15,112 nucleotides of DNA, from the NCBI GenBank assembly GCA_043815885.1, contig JBDRIL010000062.1:1-15112 (forward strand), in the 5' to 3' direction. The notes beneath the pieces were generated by a model. That model searched no databases. It had not been told where the DNA came from and worked only from the letters and a program-made list of their open reading frames with translations. Position 1 is the first letter of the stretch, and each line of letters begins with the position of its first letter. Below are positions 8,192 through 13,902 of the stretch, piece after piece. The DNA comes from an archaeon. GTDB lineage: Archaea > Iainarchaeota > Iainarchaeia > Iainarchaeales > 1-14-0-10-31-34. A program made the translations under genes and the position numbers.

Positions 8192-8324
8192 AAACCGCAA
8201 ATCGGTTTACGCTTACAGCGTCGGGGTATCTTCGATACCCCATAAACTGAATGTTATCAGTTCACGCAAACCGCCACTGTCGGTTTACGCCAGTGTACTA
8301 CTTTCAGTAGTACGTGCTTCGCAC
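8192..8324 (-). repeat. Array of seven contiguous short hairpins abutting the tRNA-Val 5' end
   Basis: On the + strand, AAACYG-N5-8-CRGTTYACGC occurs three times (8192-8212, 8244-8267, 8268-8290). Four perfect triloop hairpins lie at 8209-8221, 8223-8241, 8295-8313 and 8314-8324. GC is 64/133. Confidence 0.85.
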
Positions 8325-8350
8325 CTATTATTTCCTTCCTACTTTAACTT

Positions 8351-8356
8351 TTTAAA
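8351..8356. promoter_or_regulatory. TTTAAA TATA box between the tRNA-Val/hairpin array (-) and the DUF362 gene (+)
   Basis: 23 nt before ATG 8380 and 26 nt before the edge of the hairpin array (8324) on the minus strand. Confidence 0.55.
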
Positions 8357-8379
8357 CACTAAAGTAATTCAATTATCTT

Positions 8380-9576
8380 ATGCCTCAAAAACCGGTTGTT
8401 TCAGTAATGGAATGCAATGAATACGATTTAATTAAGGTAAAGGATTCCTTAAAGAAAGGCTTCCAGAAATTAGGAGGATTGAATAAATTCATTAAGGAAA
8501 ACGAAAGAGTGCTCATCAAACCAAATGTATTGGGGCCGTTTCCTCCGGAAAAAAATGTTACAACTCATCCAGTTATTGTTCAGGCGTTAATTCAGTTAGT
8601 AAAGGAAATTAATGCAAAGCCATTTGTTGCTGAATCCGCTGGAATAATGGAAGACTTCGGCACAACAAAGGCAATGGAAAAAGCAGGAATACTTGAATTA
8701 GAGGCAAAAGAAAGAATTCCAGTGAAATCCTTTGAGGAAACAGGATATAAAAAAATAAGGATTAAAGGAAACAAGCTCAATGAATTCTTTATCCCAAATG
8801 ACGTAATTAAATCCAATAAAATAATTTCTGTTCCAAAGTTAAAGACTCATTTAAATACCTTGTATACCGGAGCAATAAAGAATTCCTTTGGTTTTGTTCC
8901 CTTAAAGTACAGAAAAAAAGCCCATTCATTCAAGAAAACAGAAGAATTCTCTGAAGCAGTAGTGGACATTTTTTCCGTCAGAAAACCTGACTTAATTGTA
9001 ATGGATGCAATTGAATCAATGGAAGGGGAAGGCCCTGTGAGCGGGAAAAAAGTCAATACCAATCTTCTCCTCCTTTCAAATGACGCAGTTGCTTTGGACA
9101 GGGTTGCAATAGATTTAGTTGGTTTCAGGGAAGAAGAAGTGCATCATGTAAGGATTGCAGGAGAGAGAGGTTTAGGCGAAACAGATTTAAATAAAATAAA
9201 ATTATTTACCCCAAAAAACCTAAAGAAATTCAGTTTCTCTAAGCCTTCTACAGTAATTTATGAGGGAAGGATTCCCTCTCCACTGAGAAGAATTGCAATT
9301 GAAATGATTACCCCTAAACCCCAAATAAACAGGGATAAATGCATTTCATGCCTTAACTGCGTAAAACACTGTCCAGTAAAAGCAATAAAGGAAACAAAAT
9401 CCACCCCAATAATCAACAGAAAAGAATGCATTGAATGCTATTGCTGCATGGAATTATGCTCCTCCAATGCAATCACTCCAAAAAGAAGCTTCACAGCAGA
9501 AACCGCCTCAAAAATCCTTAAATTAATCCGCAGAAGAGAAAAGATTATTAATAAAAAGCAACATAATTGTAATTAA
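8380..9576 (+). CDS. DUF362 domain protein with C-terminal 2x[4Fe-4S] ferredoxin domain
   Basis: VLIKPN, TTHP, PKLKTH, TGAIKN.FG, MEGEGP and DAVALD motifs; CISCLNCVKHCP and CIECYCCMELCS cluster motifs. Confidence 0.92.
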   Translation: MPQKPVVSVMECNEYDLIKVKDSLKKGFQKLGGLNKFIKENERVLIKPNVLGPFPPEKNVTTHPVIVQALIQLVKEINAKPFVAESAGIMEDFGTTKAMEKAGILELEAKERIPVKSFEETGYKKIRIKGNKLNEFFIPNDVIKSNKIISVPKLKTHLNTLYTGAIKNSFGFVPLKYRKKAHSFKKTEEFSEAVVDIFSVRKPDLIVMDAIESMEGEGPVSGKKVNTNLLLLSNDAVALDRVAIDLVGFREEEVHHVRIAGERGLGETDLNKIKLFTPKNLKKFSFSKPSTVIYEGRIPSPLRRIAIEMITPKPQINRDKCISCLNCVKHCPVKAIKETKSTPIINRKECIECYCCMELCSSNAITPKRSFTAETASKILKLIRRREKIINKKQHNCN

Positions 9577-9592
9577 GGAGAAAAGATTCTTT

Positions 9593-9718
9593 ATGCTAAA
9601 ACCAAAATTTTCAAGACTCAGAAACCCCAGAGCTGCAGCAGATGCTTTTGTAAGAGGGCTTAGACAATTTGGGCGTAGCAGTAAAAGAACCAAAAAATTA
9701 GAGCCACCTCAACTTTAA
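9593..9718 (+). CDS. Small basic ORF, 41 aa (MLKPKFSRLRNPRAAADAFVRGLRQFGRSSKRTKKLEPPQL)
   Basis: Translated by hand. AAGGAG at 9575-9580 upstream; T-tract shortly after the stop; fills otherwise empty space in a compact genome. Confidence 0.4.
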   Translation: MLKPKFSRLRNPRAAADAFVRGLRQFGRSSKRTKKLEPPQL

Positions 9719-9780
9719 CACGGGCTTTTTTTAATTAACACAAGAGTGTTATTTCTTTAATTTTAATTAATCTAGTGAAA

Positions 9781-9898
9781 TGCAGGGAGGAGGATTCGAA
9801 CCCCCGAAGGCACTAAGCCATCAGGTTGCTTCGAATAAAAATAAAAATTAATTTTATTCCCCTAAACCTGATCCGTTTGACCGCTTCGGTATCCCTGC
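9781..9898 (-). tRNA. tRNA-Leu(TAG) with a 34-nt intron at 37/38 (intron 9827-9860)
   Basis: Acceptor stem GCAGGGA/TCCCTGC-A, anticodon arm TCAGG-TTTAGG[intron]A-CCTGA, long variable arm, T-arm GGGGG-TTCGAAT-CCTCC. Intron stem GAATAAAA/TTTTATTC; no encoded CCA. Confidence 0.95.
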
Positions 9899-9906
9899 AA
9901 TAATAA

Positions 9907-10398
9907 TTATTTATTATAAAAGAGTTTTTCTATCTTCCTTAAATCCCCTTCAGGGAATTCATCAAATACTGCACTGATTAACTTCTTTTTTTCCTTGTCC
10001 TCTAACACAATGCAGTGCTTTCCTATCTCCTTATTGTAAAGGCATTTAGGAGGAAAGTGATGATGATGCCATTCAATGCCTTCTTCATTGAATTCCTCTA
10101 CTTTCTTGATTATCTTCTTCATTTCTTCATTCCTTATCTTTTTTTCTTTTGGTTCTTCCTCCAGAAAATCACTTCCATAAATTAACCCAGCTAATTCCTC
10201 TGCCTCTTTCTTCGGAATGAATTCAAAAAAGGAATAAAACTGTTCTTTGGTCATTTCATTCTCCAATAATATAACGAATTTATCCTTGTATTTATTGAAT
10301 AGGCAGTCCTTGCTGAATAAATGGAAATGCCATTTAGTGCCTTTCTTGCGGTATGATTCAGCTTTCTGAATTAATTCTTCTGCCTTGATTTCTTTCAT
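9907..10398 (-). CDS. Hypothetical protein with internal duplication of a W-H-x-H-x-F-x3-C-L-[FY]-N-K domain (putative metal-binding)
   Basis: GTKWHFHLFSKDCLFNK...VILLEN and GIEWHHHHFPPKCLYNK...CIVLED align as two ~75-aa repeats. Confidence 0.8.
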   Translation of the reverse strand: MKEIKAEELIQKAESYRKKGTKWHFHLFSKDCLFNKYKDKFVILLENEMTKEQFYSFFEFIPKKEAEELAGLIYGSDFLEEEPKEKKIRNEEMKKIIKKVEEFNEEGIEWHHHHFPPKCLYNKEIGKHCIVLEDKEKKKLISAVFDEFPEGDLRKIEKLFYNK

Positions 10399-10427
10399 GA
10401 TAAAAAAGAACCGTATCTCCTAATCCT

Positions 10428-10433
10428 TTTAAA
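10428..10433. promoter_or_regulatory. TTTAAA TATA box between divergent genes
   Basis: 29 nt from ATG 10398 (-) and 26 nt from ATG 10460 (+). Confidence 0.5.
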
Positions 10434-10459
10434 CCTATTCGATTCACTTTTTTTAGTGC

Positions 10460-11518
10460 ATGAACACTGAGCCCAAAAAGTCAAAGGGAAAGGAATCCTG
10501 TCCTGAATGTATTGCTCAACCTAAAATTCCTTGGCATAAAAAGAAATTATTCCAGGTATTAATTATTGCGGTTATCCTGCTCGTACTCTCCTTTATTTTT
10601 TACAAGCCATTCTTTAATGCCTTTATTGATTACCTGAATTTAATCTGGTGGGCAATCCTTTTGGGATTTCTTTTAGGAGGAGTAATTGATTACCTTGTTC
10701 CTTCCACTTACATTCAGAGATATCTCGCAAAAAAAGAAAAGAAAACAATTCTCTATTCCGTTGTATTCGGTTTCTTGATGAGTGCCTGCTCGCATGGAAT
10801 ACTTGCAATTGCGATTGAATTATACAGGAAAGGAGCATCAATTCCAGCAGTAATTGCCTTTCTCCTGGCTTCTCCATGGGCAAACCTCCCAATAACAATC
10901 CTCCTTCTCGGCTTTTTCGGAGTAAAGGCTCTCTACATCATTATTTCAGCAATAATAATAGCAATCATTACCGGATTAATCTACCAGTTTTTTGAAAGAA
11001 GAAACTGGATTGAAAAAAGCAAGCCATTAATTGAAATGAAAAAAGAATTTTCAATCAAGAAAGACATCAAAAACAGATTCAATAAATATGAATTCAATCC
11101 AAAAAATCTTTCCACTTCATTTAAAGGAATTGCCAAAGGAAGCTGGGCTTTAACTGAAATGGTTTTATGGTGGATTCTCATTGGAATGATTCTTGCTTCT
11201 GCAGCAAGAGCCTTTGTTCCGACAGAATTATTCCATCAATTTTTAGGTCCAAGCATACTTGGATTATTCATTACATTAATTATTGCAACAATAATTGAGG
11301 TATGCAGTGAAGGCTCTTCTCCAATAGCTTTTGAAATCTTCAATCAGACAAGGGCCTTTGGAAACAGTTTTGTCTTTTTGATGGCAGGAGTAGCAACAGA
11401 CTACACAGAAATAGGATTGATCTGGAGCAATATAGGGAAAAGGACAGCAATAATGCTGCCCCTAATAACAGTGCCCCAGATTCTTGTGCTGGGATTTTTA
11501 TTCAATCTGCTTTTATGA
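10460..11518 (+). CDS. DUF318 / ArsP-like permease
   Basis: Two-repeat membrane topology with ACSHG...LYRKGAS..AVIAFLLASP and EVCSEGS...FVFLMAG motifs; N-terminal CPEC. Confidence 0.85.
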   Translation: MNTEPKKSKGKESCPECIAQPKIPWHKKKLFQVLIIAVILLVLSFIFYKPFFNAFIDYLNLIWWAILLGFLLGGVIDYLVPSTYIQRYLAKKEKKTILYSVVFGFLMSACSHGILAIAIELYRKGASIPAVIAFLLASPWANLPITILLLGFFGVKALYIIISAIIIAIITGLIYQFFERRNWIEKSKPLIEMKKEFSIKKDIKNRFNKYEFNPKNLSTSFKGIAKGSWALTEMVLWWILIGMILASAARAFVPTELFHQFLGPSILGLFITLIIATIIEVCSEGSSPIAFEIFNQTRAFGNSFVFLMAGVATDYTEIGLIWSNIGKRTAIMLPLITVPQILVLGFLFNLLL

Positions 11519-11547
11519 TTTCATTTCTTCTTTTTCTTCTTTTTTTT
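11519..11547 (+). terminator. Pyrimidine/T-rich tract, candidate archaeal terminator of the permease gene
   Basis: TTTCTTCTTTTTCTTCTTTTTTTT (11524-11547) within a few nt of the TGA at 11516-11518; it is also the antisense of the poly-Lys codons. Confidence 0.4.
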
Positions 11548-11571
11548 CGTTGTACCGCAACCACAAGGCAT
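11521..11571 (-). CDS. Putative 16-aa micropeptide MPCGCGTTKKKKKKKK
   Basis: ATG CCT TGT GGT TGC GGT ACA ACG AAA AAA AAG AAG AAA AAG AAG AAA TGA. AAGGAGG (11586-11580) lies 8 nt upstream; all four G's in the Lys run are at third codon positions. Confidence 0.6.
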   Translation of the reverse strand: MPCGCGTTKKKKKKKK

Positions 11572-11664
11572 AACAATTTCCTCCTTAACCAGATGAGCTT
11601 AAATGATTTTCAATAGTAGTTTTTTTAAATTCTTCTGCATCCTTTCTTTTCAAGCGGTGGGGCC

Positions 11665-12306
11665 ATGAAGAGAATACTTAATTTCTTTGTTCCAAAGGAA
11701 ACCAAGTTTTTTGGATTGCTTGAAAAACAGTCCAAGAATGTCTGTTTGGGGTCAGATGAATTCAAGTCCTTTATTAATTCCTTTTCTTCTATTGATGAGG
11801 AAACAAAAAAAGAGAAAGCAGGAAAAATCAAGGAATTAGAACTCAAGGGAGACACTATCTCAAAAGAAATAACTGATTTACTGCATAAGAGTTTCATTAC
11901 TCCGATTGACAGGGAGGACATTCACGAGTTAACATGGCTTTTGGATGACCAGCTGGATTTACTTAACTCTTTTTCCAGGAAGATAGTTCAATTCAAGGTA
12001 AAGGAAATACCTGAATTAATGCTGAAGCAGGCAGAGCTGGCTTACGAGGCAATCCATGAAGTGGATAAAGCAGTCATGGCTTTGAGGCACGAGAAAATTG
12101 TTTCTTCTTTCTGTGACAGAATCCATGCAATAGAGGAAGAAAACGATGCAATTCACAATAAAGCAGTAGTTGAATTATTCCAGAACTCCAAAGATGCAGT
12201 AGAAATAATTAAGTTAAAGGATTTATACCAGGATTTAGAGATATTGACTGACAGAAGCAAGGACACTGCATTGGTAATAGAGGGCATAGTGGTAAAGCAT
12301 GCCTGA
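11665..12306 (+). CDS. DUF47 family phosphate transport regulator (PhoU-like, Pit accessory)
   Basis: ELELKGD, SFITPIDREDI, IEEEND and LEILTD motifs; translationally coupled to the PiT gene. Confidence 0.93.
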   Translation: MKRILNFFVPKETKFFGLLEKQSKNVCLGSDEFKSFINSFSSIDEETKKEKAGKIKELELKGDTISKEITDLLHKSFITPIDREDIHELTWLLDDQLDLLNSFSRKIVQFKVKEIPELMLKQAELAYEAIHEVDKAVMALRHEKIVSSFCDRIHAIEEENDAIHNKAVVELFQNSKDAVEIIKLKDLYQDLEILTDRSKDTALVIEGIVVKHA

Positions 12307-13297
12307 AATGCTTCTGGTAATCGGAGGCATTATCCTAACCCTGGCATTTGTTTTTGGCAATGGCTTTAATGATGCAGCAAACGCTGTTTCAACCATTGTC
12401 GCAACAAAGGTTTTGCCTCTAAGAACAGCAGTAATGCTTTCAGCTTTCTTCAATATGATTGCAGCATTTTTCTTCACTACAGCTGTAGCAAGGACAATTG
12501 GAAAAGGATTGATTGATCCAGGAGTAATTACTGAAGTAATAATTTTAAGCGGAATAATTTCAGCAATAATCTGGGTTTACTCTTCAACCTTTTTCGGCCT
12601 ACCGATCTCTGTCTCCCATTCACTGGTTGGAGGGTTAATTGGAGCTGCACTCGTCGCAATAGGATATGAGGCATTAATTTTTTCAGGAATAATCAAGGTG
12701 CTTGCATTTATTGTTATTGCCCCAATTCTGGGTATAATTGCTGCATTCCTTTTTTCTTCACTGGTTTTTAAGTTAGTTAAAAAAGTATCCCCCTTCAGAA
12801 TCAATAAATACTTCCAAAGGCTTCAATTAATTTCTGTTTCAATTTATTCTTTAGGGCATGGCTCCAATGATGCACAGAATGCAATAGGGATAATATCAAT
12901 TCTTTTATTTACCGGCGGATTTTTAGGCGGTACTTTCGACATCCCTTTTTGGGTTATTATAATTTGTTATCTTACAATTGCAGCAGGAACCCTTGCAGGA
13001 GGAAAACGCGTTATCAAAACAGTGGGCACTAAAATAACCACTCTCCGTCCAATCCATGGCTTCTGCGCTGAAACTTCTGGAGCAGGAGTAATTATTGCTT
13101 CAACCCTCCTGGGAATTCCTGTAAGTACAACACATGTAATTGCTGGCTCAATAATGGGGGTAGGAATTACTAAAAGGCTTTCAGCAGTCAGATGGAGAAT
13201 AGCAAGAAACATTGCATGGGCATGGATTCTAACAGTTCCAATTACGGTGGTTTTAGGAGGAATCATTTTCCTTTTATTCAGGTTTTTTGGTTTTTAA
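12299..13297 (+). CDS. pit: Inorganic phosphate transporter, PiT family
   Basis: Signature motifs GFNDAAN and HGSNDAQN, plus PISVSH and PVSTTH; 8-nt overlap with the DUF47 gene. Confidence 0.95.
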   Translation: MPEMLLVIGGIILTLAFVFGNGFNDAANAVSTIVATKVLPLRTAVMLSAFFNMIAAFFFTTAVARTIGKGLIDPGVITEVIILSGIISAIIWVYSSTFFGLPISVSHSLVGGLIGAALVAIGYEALIFSGIIKVLAFIVIAPILGIIAAFLFSSLVFKLVKKVSPFRINKYFQRLQLISVSIYSLGHGSNDAQNAIGIISILLFTGGFLGGTFDIPFWVIIICYLTIAAGTLAGGKRVIKTVGTKITTLRPIHGFCAETSGAGVIIASTLLGIPVSTTHVIAGSIMGVGITKRLSAVRWRIARNIAWAWILTVPITVVLGGIIFLLFRFFGF

Positions 13298-13843
13298 AAA
13301 TTCCCCAAGCCTTCCTGCAGCAATCGCTCTGTGAGAGAATTTATTCTTTTCCTTTCTGCTTAACTCTGCCATCAACTTCTTCTTTCCTTTCGGAATAAAT
13401 ATTCTCTCATAGGGAAGAACATCCTTATTCAAAAATTCAGGTTTTTCTGTAATCCTTCCCTCCAGTTTTCCTTCAAATAATTTATATTCTTCCTTTTTCC
13501 AAATAAAACAAATAACTGTTTTGAATAATGCATTTCTTTTCTTTCCCTTTAATTTCTCCATTAATCCTTTGTAACCAATTTCCTCAAAAATTCTTTTGGA
13601 TTTGCTTCCGGGAAAATTTTTCAGTGCAGTGAAATAAATCCCTGTATCCTCTGCAATTAAAGGCACTCCAAACTTTCTGTATGCCTGTTTCGCTTTACTT
13701 AAGGCAATTTCTTCAAGTGAAAGCAAGGGATTTTCCTCTAACTCCAATCCCTTTTGAATTAATTTTACATTGAATTCCTTTAGTATTGCCTGAATCTCCT
13801 TTACCTTGTGCTTGTTTTTTGTAACAAAAATTAGTTTCTTCAT
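13274..13843 (-). CDS. rdgB: RdgB/HAM1 family non-canonical purine NTP pyrophosphatase
   Basis: FVTKNKHKVKE, AEDTG, FPG and C-terminal KNKFSHR motifs. Confidence 0.9.
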   Translation of the reverse strand: MKKLIFVTKNKHKVKEIQAILKEFNVKLIQKGLELEENPLLSLEEIALSKAKQAYRKFGVPLIAEDTGIYFTALKNFPGSKSKRIFEEIGYKGLMEKLKGKKRNALFKTVICFIWKKEEYKLFEGKLEGRITEKPEFLNKDVLPYERIFIPKGKKKLMAELSRKEKNKFSHRAIAAGRLGEFLKTKKPE

Positions 13844-13868
13844 TGTAAGAAGAGAGTAATGGAAAAAC

Positions 13869-13874
13869 TTTAAA
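13869..13874. promoter_or_regulatory. TTTAAA TATA box between divergent genes
   Basis: 25 nt from ATG 13843 (-) and 28 nt from ATG 13903 (+); A-rich BRE-like GGAAAAA on its + strand 5' side. Confidence 0.5.
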
Positions 13875-13902
13875 TACTGGTTTCAATCTAACTCTATACA
13901 TA

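Noticed and set aside
8042..8245. 67-aa ORF on + strand
   Set aside because: Overlaps the end of a real CDS and runs antisense through tRNA-Val; a shadow ORF.
8192..8324. CRISPR mini-array
   Set aside because: Repeats vary internally, two are directly adjacent with no spacer, there is no regular period, and no cas genes are in the window.
8192..8324. Known small ribozyme or C/D box sRNA
   Set aside because: CTGA and TAAGCG words occur, but I could not assemble a hammerhead core (CUGANGA...GAAA), a pistol or twister consensus, or a box C (RUGAUGA).
8120..9898. Integrated element using either tRNA as att site
   Set aside because: No duplicated tRNA 3' end and no integrase or transposase were found in the window.
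11521..11571. Ribosomal protein eL41-like assignment for the micropeptide
   Set aside because: Lacks the Arg-rich KW(R/K)KK pattern and has a CGC motif instead.
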